Below, in pieces: positions 25,957 through 33,431 of a stretch of 33,431 nt of DNA. The position numbers and the translations under genes were made by a program. Source of the DNA: a virus (taxonomy: Duplodnaviria > Caudoviricetes); IMG/VR virus record IMGVR_UViG_3300038379_000086, positions 1-33,431 of that record. The stretch is one strand, 5' to 3'. The notes beneath the pieces are model-generated. The model made no database searches. It was not told where the DNA came from and saw nothing but the letters and a program-made list of their open reading frames with translations. How positions within the stretch are numbered: position 1 is the stretch's first letter; every line of letters starts with the position of its first letter.

Positions 25957-27111
25957 CTAGCCCCTAATTGTGGCGAATGTGCCTGTGTAAGTGGTGGCCC
26001 CGGTCGCTGGCTTCGACACTTCGAGAAACGCCAACGCAGCGTCGTCAAAAATGCGCGTCAGCTTGAAGATCGAGCGGTAGTCTGTCGGGCACACGATATT
26101 CACTATCGGGCAAGGCATCCAGGCAATCGGGTGTCCAATGACAAAACTGACTGTGCCCGTGACCGAGGCCGAACATTGCATCTGTTCGAGGTCTTGAATG
26201 CCCGTGTCGCCGCTCGCGAGCGGCGCGAACCATTGCTGAACTGGATGGTCAAGGCGGTTGATGATACCAGATGAGTTGCCGGTTAAGGACGGCAGCGTTT
26301 GCCCCGTGTTCCCGGACTGATCTTCATAGAGGCACGTGGTCCAGTTGTGAGCGGTCGCGCCGAGTGCGGCTTGAATTTCGACGAAGAGAAAATTGCCCTC
26401 TGCGCTGTCCGCCGCACCAGCCGTTCCCGATTGATACCGCGTCGGAACGCCGGTAACCGCCTCGGCGGCCGTGCTTGACATCGTTTTTTGCACTTGGAAG
26501 ATGCGGTCATAGAGCAACAGTGTATTGGCAAGGCTCGCCAGCGGCCAAGCGCTCAAGATGTGCTGCGTATCGCCGCCCGTCGGATTGTCGAATGCGAAAG
26601 CCCCAGTAGTTGCATCGGTTGGAGCGTCACCGCCAGGGGCCGCCGACGACGCGCCTGCTGCAATTGGCTGATTACCAACGCGCCACAGCGAGTTGGTTGC
26701 GCCGACAACGCCGGTGGTGCCGACCTTTTGGAATGAGAACTCGCGCTGCTTACCTGCCGTCGCCTCTGCGATCATGTCTGAGAGCGACGTGAAACCTGCG
26801 CCCATAATCAACTGGCTGCGCTTGGGCGCGATCCGAAACGCTCTAGCGATGCGACGGAAACGGTCGCGCACGAAGTCAAGCGCCGTCGCCTCGTAGCCTG
26901 AACGCAGAACGCCGCGAAAGTCACCGCCCTTATGCGCGTACACTGCCCCAGGAACATTCGCAACCGCTATCGGAGGGCCATACCAATCTTTCATCAACGC
27001 AGAAACATGTTCGCATTCCTCCACGCCGAGCCAGCGTTCCAATTGCGAAGCATTGACCGAGCGGTGTTTGATCGTCGGCGGGGCCGGCAAGCTGATCACT
27101 TTATTGGACAT
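25957..27111 (-). CDS. Hypothetical protein, paralog A of a tandem pair
   Basis: Start at ATG 27111 (MSNKVISLP) inferred; shares SVNASxLERWLG, DWYGPPIAV, NTLLLYDR, WFAPLASGDTGI, RIFDDA with paralog B. Confidence 0.85.
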   Translation of the reverse strand: MSNKVISLPAPPTIKHRSVNASQLERWLGVEECEHVSALMKDWYGPPIAVANVPGAVYAHKGGDFRGVLRSGYEATALDFVRDRFRRIARAFRIAPKRSQLIMGAGFTSLSDMIAEATAGKQREFSFQKVGTTGVVGATNSLWRVGNQPIAAGASSAAPGGDAPTDATTGAFAFDNPTGGDTQHILSAWPLASLANTLLLYDRIFQVQKTMSSTAAEAVTGVPTRYQSGTAGAADSAEGNFLFVEIQAALGATAHNWTTCLYEDQSGNTGQTLPSLTGNSSGIINRLDHPVQQWFAPLASGDTGIQDLEQMQCSASVTGTVSFVIGHPIAWMPCPIVNIVCPTDYRSIFKLTRIFDDAALAFLEVSKPATGATTYTGTFATIRG

Positions 27112-27115
27112 GGGC

Positions 27116-27232
27116 TCATCCACTTCCCTGGCCAGGCTTGGCGAAAGCAATCAGATCGCCGCATTTCAAGCACTCGAATAGCACTTCGTCGTCGTCTTCC
27201 TTGACGAAGACAAGTGCGTGCGCGGCCATCAT
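27116..27232 (-). CDS. 38-aa CxxC mini-protein
   Basis: MMAAHALVFVKEDDDEVLFECLKCGDLIAFAKPGQGSG; exactly fills the gap between two genes. Confidence 0.5.
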   Translation of the reverse strand: MMAAHALVFVKEDDDEVLFECLKCGDLIAFAKPGQGSG

Positions 27233-27237
27233 TGCTA

Positions 27238-27723
27238 TTATAACTCGTCCCAAATCGTGTGAAATGTATATGTGCCGGACGTGAGCGCCGTAGTCTGGCG
27301 GCAGCACAACGAGCCTGAGCCGCCGGCGCCGGTTGCCGCAATGTTGCGAATGACAACCTCGCCGTTTGGACGAGCCGTCCAACGATAGATACCACCGTAC
27401 AAATTGCAGCCGACGACAAAGCTTGAGACACCGGCCGTCGCGTCTGTCGTCACTGTGTGATTGGTGAAACACGCGCTTGCCGCGCTGTCCGCCTCAAACT
27501 TAGTCGGTGTGATAGCCGTGCCCGCCGCGCCCGCCGCGCCGGTTGCGAGCTTCATGCCATACTCAAGATAAGCCGCCGCCGCGCTCGTCGAGCCGTTGCC
27601 GATCAGGCTGAATTCGTTCATCTTCATCTTGCGCGAAGTCACCGCCGTGATGAAAAGCGCATCAGTCGATCCCGTCGTGGTCGAGGGCGTCGCCTGCGGA
27701 CGGGTCGTGCCAAACAATGCCAT
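27238..27723 (-). CDS. Thr/Ala/Gly-rich beta protein, possible virion protein
   Basis: 161 aa; RBS AAGGAG. Confidence 0.75.
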   Translation of the reverse strand: MALFGTTRPQATPSTTTGSTDALFITAVTSRKMKMNEFSLIGNGSTSAAAAYLEYGMKLATGAAGAAGTAITPTKFEADSAASACFTNHTVTTDATAGVSSFVVGCNLYGGIYRWTARPNGEVVIRNIAATGAGGSGSLCCRQTTALTSGTYTFHTIWDEL

Positions 27724-27740
27724 TCCAGTCTACTCCTTCG

Positions 27741-28103
27741 TTATGGATTAGGATTGGGCGCTAACGCCTCATCCCATACGCCGCCGTTGTCCAAGCGCTC
27801 GCCCATGCCTGACGGCAGCATCAAACGAGCCTGTTTCTTGTCGTGCAATTCATACCGCCGACCGATGCGCCGACGCTCATCGGCCATCGCTTCAGCGAAA
27901 TAGTGGTGAAGAACCTTTGCCATCTCGGCCTTGGCTTCGAGCACCTTCAGCTTCAGCGGCAACGGGTAATTCTTCGCGCTCTCGAACAGCGCCGTCATGC
28001 ACATATCGGCGTACTGCTCAGGCGTGAACCCACCATCAGAGCCAACGTAGAAGCGGCCAGCGACACCTCGCATCAGCGGATTGTCTGGCAGTTGCTCGCT
28101 CAC
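27741..28103 (-). CDS. Hypothetical protein
   Basis: 120 aa; GTGA overlap with the upstream gene. Confidence 0.7.
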   Translation of the reverse strand: MSEQLPDNPLMRGVAGRFYVGSDGGFTPEQYADMCMTALFESAKNYPLPLKLKVLEAKAEMAKVLHHYFAEAMADERRRIGRRYELHDKKQARLMLPSGMGERLDNGGVWDEALAPNPNP

Positions 28104-28327
28104 TCCGTCGGCGCTCCGTTGCCTGCAAATCTGTGCTCACGCGACGCCCATTGCTCGAACTCCAGCACGGTCGCCGTCTGCGCGCTCAACTCCGCGCCGC
28201 AATACATGCACGTACCGTCCTGTGACGACAGGAAATCGGCCGCGAACTGATCCGCACTGTCTGGGTTCGTCTTGAGCGTCACGAGCAAGTGACCACGGGC
28301 ACAAACAATGCGTCTAGCGTCCATCAT
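28100..28327 (-). CDS. Small putative zinc-ribbon protein
   Basis: CARGH and CMYC motifs; ATGA overlap with the portal stop. Confidence 0.65.
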   Translation of the reverse strand: MMDARRIVCARGHLLVTLKTNPDSADQFAADFLSSQDGTCMYCGAELSAQTATVLEFEQWASREHRFAGNGAPTE

Positions 28328-30516
28328 GGGAGCGTCATCCCAGCCAACTGCCCGCCCTCGTCCATCGCTTCCTCGTAAATGAAGTCCACGAATTGCATCT
28401 CGCCCGTGTGCGGATTGCGCACGATGTTCATTCGCCGCGGCTTCGCGCGCCCTTCCGAAGCCTTCTCGCTCTTTCCACCGCCCTCAGTGCCATCATTGTT
28501 CGTCGCGTTCATCTGATCCTTGATGAACCCGGCAGCAATTTGCTGTGCCGCAATCTTCTCGCGGCTCTGTATCTCCGCACGCGTCTCGACAAGCGAGAGC
28601 AGTGCTTTACGCTCATCGCTCGCTGTTTTCATGCGCGCCGTTTCGGTTGCGGTCTCCGCCTTCATTTTCTCAGTTGCAATCTGCGCTGCCGCAAGCGTCT
28701 GCTCCGGGCTCTCCTTCTGCGGCTGTTGCTGCGCCTGCGCCGGATCGGTGAAGTACGCGCCGACGTTCTTCAGCCCAGCCGTCTCGACCAGCTTTCCGAG
28801 CGTGTTGTAGATGTTGTCCCACGTGACGATAGGCGCGCTGGCGGCCATTGCCTCGCGCTGAATGCCAAGCAACTGCATCAGCATTGCCGTCATGACTTGC
28901 GCATTCTGAGTGCCGAGCGCGACGTCGACGCTCGTTTCCATCTCCGCGTTCCACTTCGATGGGTCCATCGGAACCCATTTATTGCGAAGCTTGATCATTC
29001 GCGGCTTGTCTTGGTGACGAACCATAAGCCGCAGCAACTGCCGGAATATTTCAGATACGCCGGTCTCCGCAAAGATGCGCGCGATAAGCAGGATGCGTTC
29101 CTGCGCTGCGCTCATGATCTGCGAGATGCCGGATGCGGTCTTGTTCAGCGAGTTGGCGTCGAGCCCTTGGTTGTACTTCGTAATTCCCATGCGGTTTTCG
29201 TTGATCGTGTCTATGTATTCCATGGCCGGGATCAAGATGCCGCCAAGCGGCTGCGGCGCGAGCGGCATGATGGTCTGCATGGGTACGCCGGTTGTGCGCA
29301 CCACGCCGCCTGGCCGAACGGTCAGAAGATCGTCAAGGTTGACCATGCCATCCTGCACGGCCGTGCGGTTGTTGTTGAGCTGATAGAGATTGTCGAGAAA
29401 CGCGCGCGTCAGTGTCGACTTGATGCGCTGAATGTCCTTGACCAGATCATAGACGCTCTTACCGAAGAACTTGTGCGGCATCGGAACCGGCGTACACGAG
29501 GCGAACGGCCACGGATCGTCAAAGCGCTCTTTGCTCAACAGCTTGTATTGCGAGCCGGCACACTTGAACATCCAGCGCTCGGCAATGCCGTCGCCGTCCG
29601 TGTCCATGAGCATGTACACTTCGGAATATTTGACGTTCGTCAACGCATGCTGCACCGCATCCGTGTCGGCGAGCGTTGCGCCGTCCTCAGCGAAGCGCTG
29701 TTGCCGCTCTGTAGCCTGCTGCAGCTCCTCCTCGCCCACGAGGTCCCAAACGTCTTCACGCTTGAAGCCCATCTCGATCAAGTCGCTGATCGTCGTCGGC
29801 GGCTGATGCGCGACGAAGCGAGCGTCCTTGATGCTAGCTGCGCGTGCTGAGATTAGAAACTCGTCGGGCGGGACCGGCACAACCTTCGCACATCCGCGCT
29901 TGTGCGTGCGCTTGATCTTGACGTTGTAGAGCGTGACCGGCGTATTGGGCAGCGGCATACCAATCTGGTCGACGCCAACCGGTAGGTTTTCTTGGTAGCT
30001 CTCAAGCTCAAGCGCCTCGACCTCGTCGTCATTGAGGAGCGCTTTTAGCTCAATCTCCAACAGACAGCGGTAGGTCTCTTCCTTCGTGGTTTCCGTCTCG
30101 TCCCAATAGGTTTTGACGATGCCGTTTTTGTTGAGCAGTGCATCCTTAAACAGTGTGTAGAACAACATGAATGCGTCGTTGTCATGCTTTAATACATACT
30201 GCACGCCATCCGTTGCCTGATCCGCGCCTTCCTCGTCTTCTGGTCCGTTCGGCTCGAACTGCACAATGCGATCGGCGCCGAGGAATATCTTGATCAACTG
30301 CGGTAGGACGCTTTCGATCGTATCGCGCACCTCGGTGGTGACCACCTTCGATCGCTCGTCCAACTCATCGCCATACGGCTCGGCGTTGTAGTATTTCAGC
30401 GCATCAATGCGATCCTGCTGTATTTGCGACGTTTGGTAGGACGTGGCTTGATCGGCTTCGATGCGGATCAGCGAGACGATTTCGTCGTTGGTGAGTTTCT
30501 CAGTTTTCCGCGCCAC
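28324..30516 (-). CDS. Portal protein (P22-like podoviral type)
   Basis: 730 aa; RSKVV..EVRDTIE, DALLNKNGIVK, P.PHKFFGKS..D.VKDIQ, NKTASGI, IARIFAETG; follows the terminase. Confidence 0.93.
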   Translation of the reverse strand: MARKTEKLTNDEIVSLIRIEADQATSYQTSQIQQDRIDALKYYNAEPYGDELDERSKVVTTEVRDTIESVLPQLIKIFLGADRIVQFEPNGPEDEEGADQATDGVQYVLKHDNDAFMLFYTLFKDALLNKNGIVKTYWDETETTKEETYRCLLEIELKALLNDDEVEALELESYQENLPVGVDQIGMPLPNTPVTLYNVKIKRTHKRGCAKVVPVPPDEFLISARAASIKDARFVAHQPPTTISDLIEMGFKREDVWDLVGEEELQQATERQQRFAEDGATLADTDAVQHALTNVKYSEVYMLMDTDGDGIAERWMFKCAGSQYKLLSKERFDDPWPFASCTPVPMPHKFFGKSVYDLVKDIQRIKSTLTRAFLDNLYQLNNNRTAVQDGMVNLDDLLTVRPGGVVRTTGVPMQTIMPLAPQPLGGILIPAMEYIDTINENRMGITKYNQGLDANSLNKTASGISQIMSAAQERILLIARIFAETGVSEIFRQLLRLMVRHQDKPRMIKLRNKWVPMDPSKWNAEMETSVDVALGTQNAQVMTAMLMQLLGIQREAMAASAPIVTWDNIYNTLGKLVETAGLKNVGAYFTDPAQAQQQPQKESPEQTLAAAQIATEKMKAETATETARMKTASDERKALLSLVETRAEIQSREKIAAQQIAAGFIKDQMNATNNDGTEGGGKSEKASEGRAKPRRMNIVRNPHTGEMQFVDFIYEEAMDEGGQLAGMTLP

Positions 30517-30679
30517 GGACCTCGCCCTTCCGCTTACGCCGATCCGGCACGATCACCACCTCGTCACGCTCGCGCTCGAGCGCAAACAGCCGCTTTTCAA
30601 GCTCGGCAATGCGCAGCAATAGTGAGCCGCGCTCTGCAATCATCTCGCAAAGCGTTTGCTGCTGGGCGCGTGAGAACAT
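30500..30679 (-). CDS. Small coiled-coil hypothetical protein
   Basis: MFSRAQQQ...; start overlaps the upstream stop. Confidence 0.55.
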   Translation of the reverse strand: MFSRAQQQTLCEMIAERGSLLLRIAELEKRLFALERERDEVVIVPDRRKRKGEVRGAEN

Positions 30680-30927
30680 CAGGCCATCTCGTCCCAGATC
30701 TTGGCCCAAATCACGCCAGGGTCCTGGCTGCACAGCGACACGTCGCGCGTGCCGTCCGGCTTCTCGCCGCTCATGTCGAGCACCACCTCGCGGCTCTCGC
30801 CGATGTCACGTGCGGTGACCTTGTATCCATGATTGCGCAACGCCATGTGCAAGCCGTTTGCCTGCTCGACGCTCATGTCGACGCCGACGGCGCGAGCGCG
30901 TGCGCGTAGGATTTCAGCGGGGCTCAT
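30679..30927 (-). CDS. Hypothetical protein
   Basis: 82 aa; coupled overlaps. Confidence 0.6.
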   Translation of the reverse strand: MSPAEILRARARAVGVDMSVEQANGLHMALRNHGYKVTARDIGESREVVLDMSGEKPDGTRDVSLCSQDPGVIWAKIWDEMA

Positions 30928-31028
30928 TTCTTCACCTTCCGTTTTCCCGCTCGCTTCTTGTTTGGCGCAATGTGTTTGTACGCCGATTTCATCAATCCCC
31001 GTTTGGTTTTTGGATCGGCGAACTTCAT
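30924..31028 (-). CDS. Very basic 34-aa peptide
   Basis: MKFADPKTKRGLMKSAYKHIAPNKKRAGKRKVKK; fills the gap after the terminase; ATGA overlap downstream. Confidence 0.5.
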   Translation of the reverse strand: MKFADPKTKRGLMKSAYKHIAPNKKRAGKRKVKK

Positions 31029-31041
31029 GCCGTTGCCGGTA

Positions 31042-32307
31042 TCATACGATGCCGCGGTTTTCATACTTGATCGCCACCTTCTTTTGGTCCGCTCGCAGCC
31101 CGACTGCGAGGTAGCGGAATGCATCAGCCGCATCGCTCGCCCAGTCGTGGAGAGGATTATCTTTGAATACCTTGCGCTTGGCGTCGTAGTCGCGGCGGTA
31201 GTTGCGCAGCGCCTCAACGCCTTGGCTTGTCTTCTCCGCATCGAACCAACACCGATTGAGGATCATGCGGGCGGCGTTGATGCCGTCCTCTCGATCGTCA
31301 CGCGGTAGCACACGCGGGCTTAAGCCAAGCGAGCGTGCGGTTTGCTCGCGCGTGCGGCCAGAGCCCAGCTCCGTTGCACCACCGTCATGCGGCCAGATGT
31401 GCTCGCCGTACATGTACGGCTTGTTACGCACCTGCGCGATGTACCAGTCGAGCCCGACGCCCTTGTTCTCGATGAAATCGATCAAGTGTATCTCGCGCCC
31501 GATCGTTTGGGCGAACCAGATGGCGGTGCTGTCACCGACGCCCAAGTCCCATGCCGTGTGCACGAGTGCGGCCTTGTCGTACGGCACGCGCGTGATGCGG
31601 CGCTCTTTCTCCGCGATCTCGATGTCCTGGCCGTAGTAGCTGCCGATCACAGGGGCCGCGAACGAGCACTCGTATTCCGCCGCGTACTGCTCGGGCGTCA
31701 TCGACTTGCGGGCGTCTTCGAGTTCGCCGCGTGGTAAGATGCGCGTTTGGCTTGCCGGCAACTGCAACGTAAACCAATCAGGATCGGCTAGTGCTCGTGT
31801 CCACTGATCAGCGAAGTGATTGCGACCGCGCGGGGTGCCGATGAACACGGCCCAACCGCCACGATCGGACAGGGCCGGGCGAATGACTTCCTCCCACGCG
31901 CGCGGCTCCATATCGCCGTACTCGTCTAGGATCACGCCATCTAGGTAGATGCCTCGCATGCGGTCGTAGTTGTCTGCGCCGTAGAGCCTGATGCGTCCTT
32001 TATTTGGCAGGTCGACGCGCAGTTCGGTCTCGTGCGCCGTTGCCTTTGGTATTTCAGCCGTATAGTAGCGCAGGTAGGACCACGCCACGTCTTTTGCTTG
32101 GCCGTAGGTCGGTGCCACGTACGCAAATCGCGGCTCACGATTAGGGCAAAGCCATGCGGCGCGGATCAGATCGTTAATGCAAGCGACGGTCTTGCCGGCG
32201 CGGCGGTGTGCAACGACAATTGCCCATCGTTGGTGCCGATCGTGCAATGGCTCAAACTGTATCCTTGGCTGGTACGGTATCGTGACCTGCACCGTTGCTA
32301 GCGTCAT
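31042..32307 (-). CDS. terL: Terminase large subunit
   Basis: Walker A HRRAGKT, YVAPTYGQAK, Walker B GVILDE, IGTPRG, nuclease WDLG..D and ASDAADAFRY. Confidence 0.96.
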   Translation of the reverse strand: MTLATVQVTIPYQPRIQFEPLHDRHQRWAIVVAHRRAGKTVACINDLIRAAWLCPNREPRFAYVAPTYGQAKDVAWSYLRYYTAEIPKATAHETELRVDLPNKGRIRLYGADNYDRMRGIYLDGVILDEYGDMEPRAWEEVIRPALSDRGGWAVFIGTPRGRNHFADQWTRALADPDWFTLQLPASQTRILPRGELEDARKSMTPEQYAAEYECSFAAPVIGSYYGQDIEIAEKERRITRVPYDKAALVHTAWDLGVGDSTAIWFAQTIGREIHLIDFIENKGVGLDWYIAQVRNKPYMYGEHIWPHDGGATELGSGRTREQTARSLGLSPRVLPRDDREDGINAARMILNRCWFDAEKTSQGVEALRNYRRDYDAKRKVFKDNPLHDWASDAADAFRYLAVGLRADQKKVAIKYENRGIV

Positions 32308-32638
32308 GTCCGTTTGCGTGTCCGTTTGCGTGTCCGTTGACGCGCGGTTTTGCTCCTTGCCAGCCTAGCAGGATTTGGCCGAGCTGCTCGGATGCATCGT
32401 GCTCGTGTTCTTGACGCGGTTTGCCGTCAAGTCGATCGCCCAATTCCTTGAGAGCCGCCATAGCCTCGGTTGCATCATTTGACGCCGCAAACCGCAACAA
32501 TTGATCGGCAAGCTTTTCGAGCGCTTTGGGGTCACTATCTTCGCGCCGTTTGATCGCGCGCTGGATGGCGTCACCCCAGATTTTGGCGCGTTTTGGACGC
32601 CCGGCCGGGTTGCCTGATTGCCCTGGTTCAAAGGGCAT
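32252..32638 (-). CDS. Putative terminase small subunit (DUF5681-like N-terminus)
   Basis: FEPGQSGNPAGRPK, ELGDRLDGKPRQ; immediately upstream of terL. Confidence 0.8.
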   Translation of the reverse strand: MPFEPGQSGNPAGRPKRAKIWGDAIQRAIKRREDSDPKALEKLADQLLRFAASNDATEAMAALKELGDRLDGKPRQEHEHDASEQLGQILLGWQGAKPRVNGHANGHANGHDASNGAGHDTVPAKDTV

Positions 32639-32828
32639 TGTTCACACTCCGTAAGCTATTGATTTCGTTACACGTTTTGTAGGGCGGAAATGTGCGTGCA
32701 ATTCTCGCCCTGATTTGCGTCACAAACAACGCAAGAACGTTGCTCACTTTGCCATTGCGTCCTAGGGCATTTGCCCCTATCTTATCCTCATCGCAACGGG
32801 CAATCACGCCCACTCTCAGGAGGCCGCG

Positions 32829-33029
32829 ATGTCGAACCAACCTAACGAACGCCTAGCGCGTGAAGCTGCCATAGAGGCACGCGAGCATGTGATTAAGGCG
32901 CTGTACATCCTGGAAAAACTTGAGCCAGGGATAGCAACCGATCACCTTGAGGCCGCACGCGATTTCATCGCGAACGCTCTCATTGGCACGCGCTGGACTG
33001 ATGCCAGCGGTCAACAGCACTGCTTGTAG
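32829..33029 (+). CDS. Hypothetical protein
   Basis: 66 aa; RBS AGGAGG; divergent from the terminase genes. Confidence 0.65.
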   Translation: MSNQPNERLAREAAIEAREHVIKALYILEKLEPGIATDHLEAARDFIANALIGTRWTDASGQQHCL

Positions 33030-33037
33030 GAATTGGC

Positions 33038-33328
33038 GTGATGACCACGATGCACGTTAGCCACAACTTCCGCGCCCCCACCGAAATCCGCGAGCTTGGC
33101 GAGGCTTACCCGGTGATCAAGGTCGCGGACGACGCGGTGCGCGAGTTTCGCAAGTGCCTCGAATTGCTCCGCACCTCTGACAATGACGGCTTGCGCAAAT
33201 GTGCGCAAGAGTTGGACGAGGTGATCAGCGATGCGTTGCACGATGCCTCTTGGGCGTACTGGCGCGATCGGGCGATGGATGCGCACGGCGAAGCGATGGT
33301 GCGGCCCGTTAAGGTGACGCGGCCATGA
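33038..33328 (+). CDS. Hypothetical protein
   Basis: 96 aa; RBS AGGA; ATGA overlap with the next gene. Confidence 0.65.
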   Translation: MMTTMHVSHNFRAPTEIRELGEAYPVIKVADDAVREFRKCLELLRTSDNDGLRKCAQELDEVISDALHDASWAYWRDRAMDAHGEAMVRPVKVTRP

Positions 33329-33431
33329 CGCCCGCCGAGTTTCGCACGATCCGTAAGCGGCTCAAGCTGTCCACGCGCAACATGGGCCTGGCGCTTGGGA
33401 TGCGGGCGAGCGGTGATCCGGGGCGTACCGT
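33325..33431 (+). CDS. Putative XRE-type HTH protein (partial)
   Basis: MTPAEFRTIRKRLKLSTRNMGLALG...; runs off the window end. Confidence 0.7.
   Translation, partial: MTPAEFRTIRKRLKLSTRNMGLALGMRASGDPGRT

Noticed and set aside
24781-27111. Paralog pair as a DGR template/variable repeat
   Set aside because: Both are full-length ORFs, differences include indels and do not appear adenine-specific, and no reverse transcriptase is in the window
28393-29850. 485-aa plus-strand ORF and other long antisense ORFs
   Set aside because: Antisense to the portal and other clear genes; expected in GC-rich DNA and lacking recognisable motifs

Overview
About 33 kb of a GC-rich tailed phage or prophage genome with podovirus-like architecture and a Gram-negative host (it encodes spanins and an outer-membrane protein; an alphaproteobacterial host is plausible but inferred). 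The left end has a minus-strand operon headed by an XRE HTH gene, a divergent control region with three 15-bp operator-like palindromes, and a plus-strand early operon with an ERF recombinase and small ORFs. From 32.6 kb to 5.9 kb a minus-strand late region runs: terminase small and large subunits, portal, an unusual 5-kb block (two tandem paralogs, Cys-motif mini-proteins, a very acidic repeat protein), scaffold, major capsid, adaptor and tail tube proteins, three ejection proteins, tail fibres, and a lysis cassette containing an outer-membrane beta-barrel gene. The strongest result is that the major capsid gene is split by an 878-nt group I intron (20903-21780). Its P1, P10, P3, P4, P7, P8 and P9 pairings can be read directly, and it carries a double-motif LAGLIDADG homing endonuclease. 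No integrase, tRNA, rRNA or CRISPR array was seen. Product calls come from motif recognition and gene order only; no database search was run.
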